Assembly: GCF_002105155.1 (NCBI RefSeq)
Contig: NW_019028981.1
Span: 930,001-994,000 of the forward strand
Direction: 5' to 3'
Source of the DNA: Lobosporangium transversale
Lineage: Eukaryota
Length of the DNA: 64,000 nt
In this document: positions 24,847 through 40,913 of the stretch, one piece after another
How the letters are laid out: every line of letters starts with the position of its first letter
Numbering within the stretch: position 1 is the stretch's first letter
Translations under genes and position numbers: made by a program
Notes under the pieces: model-generated
Told to the model about the DNA's origin: nothing
Seen by the model: the letters and a program-made list of their open reading frames with translations, nothing else
Database searches by the model: none

Positions 24847-26318
24847 GGCAATGAATTAATGACGATAGAGATATGATGAATGAGTGAAAAGAATGGTCGT
24901 CTAAAAGACTCAAGAGATATTGACCTGATGCATTAAAGTTTTCAAAACACACAAAGCCACTTTTTTTTTTTTTTTTTTTTTTTGCTTTAACAGCCACCAA
25001 AGAGTGAAGGGCACGCATACTTTGATTAAAAACAGCGTATTCTTTAACCTCTTAAAAAAAGAGTGTCATATCTAATACCCTGATCAAAGTCATACGTGAT
25101 CTTTCTCTTCTGGAGGACAAAATGAGAGATGGGTGTTTATATAAAGGAAAGAGGAAGTGCCAAAGGCATTTATCCATTTTTGTTGAGATATTCAAATATA
25201 TATATACTAGCTATGCTATATTATAGATAGGAATGTAACATTTTAGCATGTAGTCGGATGAGCGAATAATGGGAAAGAAAAGTCTTTGTCTTTTTTTGAC
25301 GTGGAAAAGAACTGTGCTTGGCTCACAGAAACGGTTTACAGGCAATAATCCACGTACATTTCTGTTTCAACGTATCAGGACCAAGAACGGTGATCATCCT
25401 TCAGATGAAAGCATTTTCTGAGATCCAGGGATCCGCTAGTATACATGTACATATCTTATTCCTCTTATCAAGAGTTTAATCTTGATATATTTTTAAATTT
25501 AAAAGGGAATGAATACAATCACAAATTCACAATTGAGCAAGAAGGTCGGCATTTCCTTTTGTGGCCATTTACCCCGCTCAAAAAAATTTTTTTTTTTTTT
25601 TTTTTTTTTTTTCTATTTCTATTACGGCGCATGCACTGTATATACGGATCCGCCATGACGGCCCTCAAGAGTTGATCCTGAGTTGGATTCATGCATGGTA
25701 TCTAGTATTTATCAGAGACATGAAAGACTCGTGGTAGTCCATCTTATTGTAAATCCATTATAAGTTATATGGCTCTAGAACATGGAGTCGAAATACCGTT
25801 GCGAGAGACACATCATTTCAAACAAAGATGCATACAACACGCAGATCGCGTCATGCAATTCTATTGAATCCGTTTTCAGATGTAAAAGCTGATGTGTTAT
25901 ATGTATAAACTGTCAGTTGTTGAAGTGACCGTATTTGGTCAATTGCGGGGCAAGAGAAATAATCATCAGGTTAAAATTTTTTATGGCATCAAAACATGTA
26001 GCACAAAGCATAAAACAGAGCAGAGGATGTTTAGGCTTGAAATAGAAACCCTTTGATTATTATATACAACCGAAGATTCTCTTATGTATGAACATTGATA
26101 ACATTGATATTGAGGAGTAGGAAAAAAAAAATAAAAAAAAATAAAAAAAAAAATAAAAAAATGCAGTGCATTGTCAATGGATCAGTGCGCATGGAACGGT
26201 TAAGGCTGAATCTGAGGGTAAACTCTAGAGAAGATGGGTAGATAGATCAATTGTAGTTTTCAATGTGTCTTGCTAAATAGGTACATCACGAATGTGGTGT
26301 CAATGGTGCCTGAATATG

Positions 26319-26389
26319 GGCAAGGCAAAGCAAAGCAAAGCAAGGCAAGGCAAGGCAAGACAAGGCAAGACAAGGTCAGACAAGACAAG
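26319..26389. repeat. Pentanucleotide microsatellite (GCAAG/GCAAA/ACAAG)n
   Basis: About 14 imperfect 5-bp units seen directly upstream of citrate synthase. Confidence 0.85.
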
Positions 26390-26716
26390 GGTTGATCTCT
26401 CTTTTCTTCCCCATCCCCAGTAAATGCCAAGTTTGCTGACCAACAGGATGTAGATGTACGTCACTTTAAATGTGTGTGTGTATTGATGATTGAATAAAGC
26501 TGAAATGTGTTTCTTTGTCCGGTCCTTATCAGGAGAGGCAGGAGGGTAAACAGCAAAGCCATTTATTTTATCCAATTCAACCGAAGAGGTCATTCAAAGT
26601 CCACATGCAAATGCAAAATGAACGTAAATTTTATATATTTATATATATATAAATTATTATATTTATTTATTTATTTATTTTATACTGTTATATATATTAT
26701 ATATAATAAAATAATA

Positions 26717-26747
<31 letters not shown>

Positions 26748-26967
26748 TTGAACTGATCAAAGCGACAATATGAATGAATGTGAATGTGATTATAGAAAAT
26801 AAACAAACAACAAAGACCAAAGACCGACGACAAGGACATGACGGGTATAATTATTTCGTCTTCCTCCGATCTTCCTTTTCTTTCTTTCTTTCTTTCTTCC
26901 TCTTCTTTCTCTCATCATTTCCTCTTACTTTCTCTCTCCACTCCAATCTTATTCATCCCCTCATACC

Positions 26968-27422
26968 ATGGCTTCTCTCCGCGCTGCCTTCCGCCTCCCT
27001 GGCCTTGCCAAGGTATTTTACTATACTCCATTCTTTTACCAGTCTTCTTTACTCTCTAATCTTTGCATCATGGACCATAATCATAGTGATCAACAAATTC
27101 ACTCACACTTGATCTATCCAAAGAAGAATTCTTGAGTCGCGTTGCAACTATTCAAAGTAATAGTCTTTAATCTTTGCTTTACATTCTAATTTTGATTTTT
27201 TTTTTTATTTTTTTTTGTCTTTAAGGTTGCTACTCGTCATAACACTTTCGCCGCTACTGCCATCCGCGCTTACTCCACCAAGCCTCAGGTGCGTTACTGA
27301 TGATTGATTTTTTTTTTTTTTTTTTTTTTGTTTTTATGGGATGATGGGATGGTTCTGTCACTCCTAAAAATTGCCGGTTCAGTTTCACAGATCACGTTAA
27401 ATGTATCAAAAGAAAAAAAAAA

Positions 27423-27454
<32 letters not shown>

Positions 27455-29166
27455 AAAAATAAAAAAGCAGAGGGTTTTAATTTGAATGCGAGGGTTTTCT
27501 TTTTGAAAGAAGCTCCTTGTTGCATTAGTCATCGACTAGCGGATGAACGTCCAGGAAGGGGCATATTTCTTAAAGACAACCAGCACATAGACGGAAGCGG
27601 TGGCTTATATTTGCTCTGTTTTTGGGGTATTTGTGTTGCTGTCTCCGGCAGGTCACAGTTTTCGTACTGTGGGAATGTTGTTGGGTTGAATTTGTAATTT
27701 TTTTTTCTTATCATATCATGAATGGTGATAAAAAAAAGTTATTAGCTCCCGTGGGCGGGCGCCGCTGAGGAAATTGATAGAGGATCATCCGTTTATTATG
27801 ATCCATTTTACTGATCCAATATCTTTTCCATTAAATACATCATCCCCAACATAAATAGGGCTTGAAGGATCGCCTTCGCGAGTTGATCCCTGAGAAGCGT
27901 GAGGAGGTCAAGCAGGTCAAGGCCGAATTTGGTAACAAGGTCTTGGGCGAGACCACCGTCGACATGGCCTACGGAGGCATGCGTGGCATCAAGGGTCTCA
28001 TCTGGGAGGGCTCCGTTCTCGATGCTGAGGAAGGTATCCGCTTCCGCGGCAAGACCATCCCTGAGTGCCAGCGTGATCTCCCAGCTGCCCAAGGTGGTAG
28101 CGAGCCTCTCCCAGAGTCCCTCTTCTGGCTCTTGGTCACTGGCGAGGTCCCTACTTCGGAACAGGTCCGTAGTCTCTCGGCCGAGTGGGCTGCCCGCGCT
28201 ACCCTCCCCACTTTTGTCGAGGACCTCATCGATCGCTGCCCCAAGACCCTTCATCCCATGTCTCAGTTCTCTTTGGCCGTCACTGCTCTTCAGCATGAAT
28301 CTCAGTTCGCAAAGGCATACCAGGATGGTGTCAACAAGCAGGAATACTGGGACACCACCTTTGAGGATTCTATGGACCTCATTGCCAAGCTTCCTAATAT
28401 TGCCGGCCGTATCTATCAGAATGTTTACAAGAGTGGCTCTAGAGTTGGTGAGATCAACCTCGATAGGGACTATGGTGCCAACTTGGCCAGTCTCCTTGGC
28501 TTCGGCGACAACAAGGAGTTTGTTGAGTTGATGCGACTTTACCTTACTATTCACTCTGATCACGAGGGAGGCAACGTTTCTGCTCACACCACCCACTTGG
28601 TCGGCTCTGCCCTCTCTGACCCTTATCTCTCCTTCGCTGCCGGCTTGAATGGTCTGGCTGGTCCTCTTCATGGCCTTGCTAACCAGGAGGTTCTTAACTG
28701 GATCATCAAGATGCGCGAGGAGCTCGGCAACAAGGATGTCTCGGATGAGACCATCAAGGATTACATCTGGAAGACACTCAAGAGTGGTCAGGTCGTTCCC
28801 GGCTACGGCCACGCTGTCCTCCGTAAGACCGATCCTCGTTACACTTGCCAACGTGAGTTCGCCTTGAAGCATATCCCCAATGACCCTCTCTTCAAGCTCG
28901 TCTCACAGATTTACACTGTCGCCCCTGGTGTCCTCACTGAGCACGGCAAGACCAAGAACCCCTGGCCCAACGTTGATGCACACTCTGGTGTTCTCCTCTC
29001 TGCCTATGGTTTGACTGAGCAGCAGTTCTACACTGTCCTCTTTGGTGTTTCACGTGGCCTCGGAGTGTTGTCCCAGTTGATCTGGGACCGTGCTTTGGGC
29101 ATGCCTCTTGAGCGCCCCAAGTCATACTCGACTGCTGCCATCAAGGCCATGTTCGCCAAGAAGTAA
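26968..29166 (+). CDS. CIT1: Mitochondrial citrate synthase; exons 26968-27012, 27226-27288, 27859-29166
   Basis: [48 protein letters not shown]. Exons 1-2 encode an Arg/Ala-rich presequence ([33 protein letters not shown]). Strong C/T third-position bias. Confidence 0.97.
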
Positions 29167-30761
29167 GCTTTTGTGAACATATCCTCCCTCATTATCCAAT
29201 TCATTCTATAGACGATTGAAAGATCACACCTCCCTATTTCTTGTTCATTATCTGTGTTTTTATTTTATATTGTTATTATTATCATCATAACCATTCACCC
29301 ACGTCCCCCCTCCATATCCTTTCTGCTTGATTCCATCCATCTGCACATACAAACAAACAAAAATAACTTAATAAAAAAAAAATGTGTGAAATTGACGTAT
29401 CATGGCAGCTTTGGTATACTTGAAGGTGATGACGATGAGCGAATAGAAGAAAAGACCTATTAGGATCATAGAAGCAGGAACCAGGATCATTATTGACTAA
29501 GAGGAAGGAAAGAGGCTGCTAACCTGGAATCATTTGAATTCATGAGTAAATCGATTTATATGTGTTCGATTTTTTTTTTAATTTTTTTTTTATTGATTTG
29601 GTATGGAAACTACTTCATCGACTGAACCCATATCCATTGCCAACACCAGCAGCCCTTGATCTCATGTTTGTACGTCCTCTTGGCTCTGTGCCGTTGGCTA
29701 GCGGATGTTCTCTATTGTAGCGCTGCACATCAACTAGGCGATTGTCCTGTAACCAATTCTATGCAGTCATCAGGACAAAAATATTTGCGTCAGTCTAGGC
29801 AGGGTAATTTGAAGACTACAGGACTACATGTTACAAGCCAAATTAACAAGACTTACTGCTAGGATAGACAGGTTGTACTGGTTGGATTTATAAAAGACGT
29901 CAAGGATGTCGCCAACCCAAGGAATCAGACCAACTACAAAATCAATTATTACATTGAGCAACATACGCTAATGAGACGATAATCATTAAAATATGAACGT
30001 TAGAAAAGAAATTCAAGGGGATACTGAAAAGAACAAAAAGTCATCATTTTGGATTCTGTGGACATATTCTTAAAAACAAAACAAAAAAAAAAGTCCTTAC
30101 TAGCATGAGCTGTATTGGGAGACCAAAGAGGAAGCAGAGGTAGACCTGATATAACGATGCAACCAACCCCAAGAAGTCGCCTAAGATATATAGAAAACAT
30201 AACAAGCCAATAAAGTGTAAAGAAGCACGTGTCAGGCAGTAATATTTTGTAAAAGTAAAAACACATGCAAGAGTTTTTGTCATGTCGTTGACATGCCAAG
30301 GTCACTCCATGTTGTTCAGTGTATATAAATGAACGTCCATTGTTGAAACTAAACTAACCAACAACAGGAATAAAGCCAATGATGGCCTCCACTCCGAGAG
30401 GGAACCCTCCGACGACTGCAAAACTATCGAGCCAGTATGCAATCTTCCGGATCCGACCATAGAGAGCCTCACGCTCCTTCTCCGTTCGAGGTTCAAGATG
30501 ATATTGGCGCACAAAATTCATGATACTTTAGTTTGTACTTTTTGCTTTTTTACGAGATCCGATAAATAAGAATGGGGAGTTGCGCTTCGCCTTTTTACTG
30601 TTGCAATATAATAATTGTTGAAGAAATGGGGAAAGAAGAGGAGAAAAAACAGTTGAAAGATAAAAAAATCGAAAAAATGAAAATGATGTCATGCCAATGA
30701 AACTACAGGACTTCTAATATTTCTATATTGGACAAGATTGATTCTTTCTAATCTTTCCTAT

Positions 30762-31393
30762 TTACTTGAGGCCAGTCATGTAGAACCCAAACTGAACCAG
30801 ACCCATAATCACAGGTTGCCATACAATCATATATCTACAAAAACAAACAAACAAAAATAAAATAAAAAAACATTAGCCCAATCATCACTTTCTTTGCAAC
30901 AGTAATCCTTCATTCTGCTTGCAATTCTTTCAAATCAAGTACCGGAGCGCATCCAAGAGATTCAAATAGAGCTGCTGTGTTGTATCCCAAGGATTTGTCT
31001 TGAAGGCGCGCAGATCGACCTTTTCTTTGCAGTATGGGCACATATCCTTCTTCCCGATCAAACACCATCCACGAATACACTCCTCATGAAATTCATGACC
31101 GCAGTTGAGTTTGATACTTGGCTCAACTGTTCCTGCTACGCCATTTGCCAAGGGCTGGAGGAGAACAGGGGGTTGTAGGTGTCCATGTGCATCAATCGTG
31201 CTTATGGCATTTGACACATGAATACCACAAATAGCACAGACACCCAGCCGCAAGTGCTTGCGTGGGAATCCCTCCTTGGTGTAATAGCCCAGTGTAGCCG
31301 CCATTGATTCCGTACAAAATTCAACGAAATCTCGACCCAAAATTCTAATTTCATGTAGGATTTTGAAATGGTGTGATGCATAAATATGTATAC

Positions 31394-31425
<32 letters not shown>

Positions 31426-32617
31426 CCAAGTAATACCAACTCATTGCGCAACATACCCAAAATAAATTCCGTATGACAAAAATGTTAAGCCCCAAGTGAT
31501 CAGTCCTGAACTTGCAGGGTCCTCGCCCTCCGGATCCGGAGCACCAAAGCCCATAAAAGTCAAAAACATCATAACGTAACCAATGATTCCAATGACATAC
31601 GAGATCTGATAAATGATCCAGAACCATTTGTACACAATCCTGGAGAATGTATGAAAACAATAAGTAGATTGATAAGTATCAAGGATCATGTCTTTCGTTT
31701 ATATCCGTGCATGGCAATGCTTGCCTTCGACGGATCATGAGTTTTTTTTTTTTTTCTTTTTCCTTTTCCTTTTCCTTTTCTTTCCTTACTTGGGTGTCAT
31801 ATGATGGAGTGGTTTTCGGGTGGCCTTGTAAATAATCCATGAGTTGAGGATGGTAAAAATAGCCCAAATTGATGCAAACTGATCCATACGCCCATGAAGT
31901 GCAAACATGAACGGGATCAACCTAAGAAGAAAAAGAGTTTTTTTTATTTTATTTTTATGTCAACACTTGAAACAAACCTCAACTGGTTTGCACTCTCATA
32001 AAATAAAAAGAAAAATGTATATACCAGAGTCCAATAGTTGTTGTAGCTTGGTATGATCGGTAATGGTGTTTCTTCCAGTATAATAGCACGAACTGAAAGG
32101 AAATGAGAGATACGATGATAATAAGCGCCATCCGGCTGTGTGTCTCCTCGTGTCCTGCATGCTCATGAAGGTACTTGGCTTGGTTTTCGATACTAGCCCA
32201 AGCAAAAGAAATATCAGGATGGCAAGAGAGCGTCAATGAATGAGGTTCATTAACTTGGATCACTAAAAAAAGCTTCGTTGGTCAATGATCTGTGCGTCAA
32301 TAGACTTTAGCTGTCCAGGGGGTATCAAGGTCATCCAAACCCATTGTTGCCGTTGCTGGCAAAAAGTCTTTACTTTTTCTTTTCTTTCCTTTTTTTCTCC
32401 ATTTCCTGTATGTCTTTGGATAACATGCAGTGACATGGCGACTGTAACTGGTTATTGTTGCAATGTTCCTTGTCTCGTCTCTGTCCTGTCTTTTAAGCCA
32501 AAGTGTGTGAGTGGGCGTGATGTATACTCACTTGTGAATCTGACCCTCACTCAAGTGGATCTTGCCTTCATGGGCTTCCTCAAGGATGTGATCCAATCGT
32601 TGCGCCTCTTGTTCCAT
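30762..32617 (-). CDS. RNF121/RNF175-like multi-pass membrane RING-H2 E3 ligase; exons 32617-32532, 32192-32025, 31921-31790, 31639-31457, 31344-30943, 30834-30762
   Basis: HAGHEETHSRMALI, TPKIVYKWF, YGIYFGILGRDFVEFC, CAICG...CGHEFHEECIRGWCLIGKKDMCPYCKEKVDL and LLDALRYMIVWQP match the RNF121 family layout. Confidence 0.88.
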
Positions 32618-32828
32618 TTCTAATCTCTATCGACAAAAAAACTCTCTGATTCTGACAGACTGATTCGACTGGCTCGAGTGGCTCAACTGATTGTCTGTGT
32701 CTTTTGTATTTTTTCTTTTTGGTTTGAATGGATATTAGATGGCAATTCAAGATGTCAATTAACCCTTCGTTGTAGTTGTTTCTCCTTGCAAGCGCTCTTC
32801 GGTCGAGGAATAAATTAAAAGACGATAA

Positions 32829-32866
32829 TGAGGATGGTGAGGATGGTGAGGATGGTGAGGATGATG
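32829..32866. repeat. 9-bp tandem repeat (GAGGATGGT)x~4
   Basis: Seen directly in the RNF121-like/CaMKK divergent intergenic region. Confidence 0.8.
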
Positions 32867-33503
32867 TAAAAAAGAAAAAGAGATGGAAAGAAGAGAAAAG
32901 AAAAATAAAGTTATTGTTTTCAGTCGGTGTGCACTGAACAGGAAAGTGTGCAGTGTGTCACATACACACAGAAGATCAGCACTCTGTCCTTGTGTAGCTT
33001 TGCATCAACCACCCCTTTTCTGATGAATCAAAACAGTCCATGTACATGTTTGTAAAGGCATATTCTATACAAACGTGCCTTGTGCTTCTGAGCTTGAGGC
33101 TGTAGGAGGGTGTGGTGTATACTAGGTGTCTTCCGCAATGAAAACGGATCGGAAAAACTAAAAAGACCCATGACGAGATGTGTTTGTTTCTGCCTCCCTC
33201 TTTCTCTACAAATATATATATACCTAATGAAGGATATCATTTTACTTGCAGGAAGAGAGAAAGAGACAAAGAGAGAGAGCAATGAAACAAGAGCCTGAGT
33301 TTGGGTCCTTTGAGACAAAAAGGGAGTGGAGTATTATGAGAAATCGAGATGGGCACTGTAGTTGTCTCTAGTCTTCTGGGTCCTGTCCAGCTGCCCTGTC
33401 CAGCTGCCCCTGTAATCCACATTGTAAAAACCTTTTTCTTTTTTTTTTTTCTTTTTCTTTTTTTTTTCCTTCAATTGCAATTTCCTCCTTTCCCAACCCG
33501 ACC

Positions 33504-36509
<3,006 letters not shown>

Positions 36510-36819
36510 GATAGAGAAATGTGTAGTTTAAGTATCGATTATAAAAACGTGTAACTGGGGGTTTGAATGGCTTATTTTATTTATTATCAATGCCAATTTT
36601 TATCTTGATGAAAAAAAAAAAGCTGCGGCCGGCCATCAATAGATTAAATATGTAATGCAAGCTTGGAAAATTGTACAGGATTTAAATAATAAACTATGCT
36701 TAGGCGTATATGAGTGTGGTATTTGAGTGGGGAGTTGAATCTCACGATGATCCTGTGCTAATGTTGTTCTCCCATTCTTGCTGATAGTGGTGAGGACAAA
36801 TGTCTTTAAAGCTGTTGAG

Positions 36820-36854
<35 letters not shown>

Positions 36855-36885
36855 AAACCACGATAAACGCCACCTACTCCTGTAC

Positions 36886-38796
36886 TTAGTACAAGACACG
36901 AGTGACGATGTTGGTGGGAGTTTCGCTGACTCGGCGGTAGATTTCTTGAATCTGCTCTGGTGTGACATCTGAAATATCGGCCATAAGATAGGCAATCTTG
37001 CCCTTCGAATCTGAGAACTGTTTGTCGACATTATGTTCGGCCAAGATATCGGTAATCTGACGCAAAACACCGGGAACGTTCTGATGGGTGTAGCAGAGAC
37101 GGATCGAGTTCTCTTCCTCATCACGAATGGCACGGAGATCAACCTCTGGGAAGTTGACAGCTCCGATGGAGGTGCCATTGTTAATGAATTTAATCAATGC
37201 TTGTGAAACCTCAATACCAATCATGGACTGGGCTTCTTCAGTCGAACCTCCGATATGAGGTGTCAGAAGAGTGTTAGGGCATCCGATCAACTCTGATTCA
37301 AAGAACTTGCCGTTAGCAGCAGGCTCCTTAGGGAAGACATCGACGGCTGCACCGCCCAGATGACCGGAACGAAGAGCCTTGGCGAGGGCAGGGATATGGA
37401 CGACTGTGCCTCGGGAAGCATTAATCAAGAAGGAACCCTTCTTCATCCTGTTAAGCTCGTGCTCTCCGATCATATTCTTGGTTTCCTCTGTTTCTGGAAC
37501 ATGAAGAGTGACAAAATCTGAAATCTCGAGGAGCTCATTCAACGAGTCGACTTGTTTGCTAGTGCCCAGAGGCATCAAAGGAACCACATCATGGAATCGG
37601 ACACGCATGCCCATGGCCTCGGCTAGGACTGACAATTGTGATCCAATGTGGCCATATCCGACAATTCCTAGAGGTCAAGGGGTAAAATTTTTTTTTGATT
37701 AGCTGATTTTTATTTTGCGATAGAACCTCTTCAAATGTTGTATGGTATTTTTCTTTATCCTCATATTCTTACCAAGAGTCTTGCCACGGATTTCATAGCA
37801 ATTGGCAGAGACCTTGGACCAGATGCCTTGATGCATCTCCTGGTTACGGTCTCCGAGTTGTCTGGACAATAAAACGATTTCTGCAATAACCAACTCTGCT
37901 ACAGACCTCGAGTTGGAAAAGGGGGAATTGAAGACTGCAATACCCCTCTGAGCCGCGTACTCCAGATCAACCTGATTGGTACCAATACAGAAACATCCAA
38001 TGACACCCAGTTTCTCAGCAGCTTCAAGAACCTTTCTGGTCAGTTTAGTCTTGGAGCGGATACCAATACAATGAATATCACGGATCTTTTCGATCAACAC
38101 ATCCTCTGACAGGGCCTTTGCATACGTTTCAACCTGGCGAGAGAAAGAAAAGAAAAAGATAAAGTGCGTGAGCCAATGAATGCATGCGTCGTCAAAGATA
38201 GAATAGTACGCTAAATTTTTAAATGTATTTCGAGATAAAAGAGTTCCTTTGGTCTCTCAAACTTCCAAAGGAGGACAAGTCCGGGATAGAAGAAAAAAGA
38301 TGCTTATCAAAATCTTTCCTTCACTTCCAGGACAGTCATACCAACAAACATCGCAAATCCTCTCCAAATGATAAAGAGAGGGATAGAAAGACAAAGACAT
38401 TGAATATTCATCTGTATAAAAAAGTTGAAGAGGAAGTGTTCCTTTGTTCGAATCTCCAATAGTTTATTGATTTGGAGACCCAAAAAATAAAAATAAAAAT
38501 AAAAATAAAATGGACAATTGTCATCTTCCTTCCTTTACAAAATTTGCTTATCTTTTCTTTTCTTTTTTTTTTTTTAATACCTGGTAACCCTGGTTCCTGA
38601 GACCGGTGACAGCAGTCTCATTAATATTTTCGAGCAAAAGGATCTTGATATTGGCAGTGTTAAAGGGCTTGAGAAGTTTGACCTTGTTGGATCCACTAAT
38701 GGATCCTTTTCTTTCAACATTTGCTGGTGCAGAGGATGCAAGTGATCCGTTGGCTGGCACTGCGGGTGCACCGTTGGTTTCATTAGTCGAAGGCAT
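36886..38796 (-). CDS. SER3: D-3-phosphoglycerate dehydrogenase with C-terminal ACT domain; exons 38796-38581, 38133-37773, 37667-36886
   Basis: IGIRSKT, GCFCIGTNQVDL, FNSPFSNSRSVAE, GKTLGIVGYGHIG, INASRG, LTPHIGGSTEEAQ, HQNVPGVL. Confidence 0.95.
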
Positions 38797-39383
38797 CGTT
38801 GTTAATGGAGTAAAGAGACGAGTGAAAGAAAAAGGCAGAGAATGCGTGTGGGACAGGGAGTAGAAAAAACAGAGAAATGAAAAAAGACGTTTTTTTTTTT
38901 TTTTTGCTCCGCATCATCTTCCCGTTTTATATGAGCGACGGACAATGAATTACAGAGACAGTTGATCAGCAAGTAACAGCCATCTTTGAGCTCTTTTTTT
39001 TTTTTTTTTATCAAGGCTGAGTATTTCTAGAGTTCATTGCAAGCTAAAATACAAGCTAACCTTGTAAACATTACCCCTTCATCCTTTACATTGTACACCA
39101 CATCCAAGTAATACACCCTGATAATAAAAAAAAGGCGCCATTCGTGACTGCCCTCGTTTCTTTCTTTTGAGATTGAACAAATGTTATCGACCGAAAGAAT
39201 GAGACCTTCCTAAGGGATCTCTTCTCTCTTTCTTCTTTCTTTCATGTCATTCATGACAAATCAAATGAATACATGACATGTCATATATATCCACATCTCT
39301 AAAACATTCGCACGCACAAGGCGCAGGCTGAAATTTTTTTTTTTTATTTGAAAATTTTGATTTAAGAAACCCACATGCTAAAA

Positions 39384-39390
39384 GAGTCAT
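39384..39390 (-). promoter_or_regulatory. Possible Gcn4/CpcA element (ATGACTC) upstream of SER3
   Basis: GAGTCAT on + about 590 bp upstream of the SER3 ATG; amino-acid biosynthesis genes are typical Gcn4 targets. Single 7-mer only. Confidence 0.25.
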
Positions 39391-39868
39391 CGCACTGACT
39401 GTTGATATGAAATTTTGTGGGGAGCAATTGCCATGGTGCGGAGATTTTTTCCTTATCTTGTACAGACATCTTAATAAGGAAAGACCTGGGGAAACTGAAC
39501 TGTTTACATAAACCATTGAAGGATATACAAAAAACAAAAAACAACACTCTTCCTCTTCATGTACTCTTCACAAACAGCAAGTCTAAAGCAATTTGACAAC
39601 TTTTATGATCTTTATCAAAAAAAACCTTTTTTTTTATGAGGTGTCTACAATAATCTATGATACAAACTACAAAGCAGTGCATTATTATACAAAATAAAAG
39701 AAAAAGAAAAAGAAAAAAAAAAAAAAAAACAACAACGAATAAATGCAAATATAAACAACATGTCAATGCAAAGGACTCTCATTAAAATAATTGCAAGGAT
39801 AATAATAAACAATAGCCAAAAGAGACATTCATGTTGTGGAGGGTGGTCCTGCAAAGACTACGGATATA

Positions 39869-40879
39869 TTAGTGGTTCGCTTCAGATAGACTCAATTTGG
39901 GTGATGGTGGTAATGGACTTGACGTCGAATCCAAGCATCCACGAGCAATATCAAGTGGTCCACCTGGCCGGTAAATTTCTTGACACCGGCCGTAGAAAAT
40001 ATTACCAGGAAAGATCGCTGGTGTATTACTACGCATGCTAATGTGGTCAAGATGATACTGTTGATTTGCCGGTTGGTTAGAATTAAATGTCGGATCATTA
40101 GCAGCCGTAGGTGCTTGTGAGGGGTGATATAGAGACGGATGTAGAAGCAAGGGCGGCGAGGTTGGCGGAGGATCTGGCCATTCACCAGGTATCGATGATG
40201 ATGTGTGGAGACGGTTTAAAGGCCTTAAGTTTGCATTCGCACCATCATTATCACAAAGGGCCCATGCTCGATCAGATGAGGAGTCTAGATAGTTAAGGAT
40301 AACATAGCCATCACCATACTCTTCTCGAATGCTTGTGTGTTTTTCTTCAAGCTGTAGGCTACCATATCGACGTTGCCGAAATGGTGACTTTGGATCAAGA
40401 TGAGATGAGCACGACACAGGAACAGTCTGTTCGGAATCCTTTAGCTGTAGTTGCTGCTCGCTTGCTTCGAGCAACACCTTTTCGTCTTTATCCCCACTAT
40501 CACAACCCTTGCTGATATTGATGGGTGTGATGGCAGTGTTGTTGGACGAGCAGGCGCTAGGGAGATTAACAGTCGCATCCTTGCCAGCAAGGGCTACCTC
40601 TCGTTTCAAGGCATTTATAACGGCATCCTGATTCATAGTACCATTGTTGTTACTTTCTGTAAAGCGCGAGTGGTCTTGGAGGTCTCGAAGGCACGATAAA
40701 GACTTCCCAGAGAGCGACCGCTTAATCTTCCGTAGTGAATGATGACGGTGCGAGCGGTCCATGTATCGTAGTCTCTTGTGATGGATTGGTCGATGCGTAC
40801 CGGCGTCGTCTAGCACTAATACACCAGCGGCCACTGCAAAAACAAAGAGAGGGTATTGCCATTAGCTTCTACCAAAAGG

Positions 40880-40913
<34 letters not shown>

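Noticed and set aside
25255..25595. PAC-like GGATGAGC and RRPE-like AAAATTTT upstream of MAK5
   Set aside because: Imperfect matches, and A/T runs are everywhere in this genome.
27808..28872. 354-aa antisense ORF over citrate synthase
   Set aside because: Shadow ORF in codon register with a highly biased gene that avoids TTA/CTA/TCA; no motifs of its own.
29161..29212. GTAAGC donor overlapping the CIT1 stop codon (possible cryptic peroxisomal isoform)
   Set aside because: Neither readthrough nor splicing to the nearest AG (29211) gives a C-terminal PTS1, and that intron would be only 49 nt.
29314..29322. ATATCCTTT, a U12 AT-AC donor consensus
   Set aside because: Lies in the 3' UTR with no U12 branch site (TCCTTAAC) visible downstream.
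38446..38478. GTTCGAATC tRNA T-loop-like motif in SER3 intron 1
   Set aside because: No T-stem pairing or cloverleaf.
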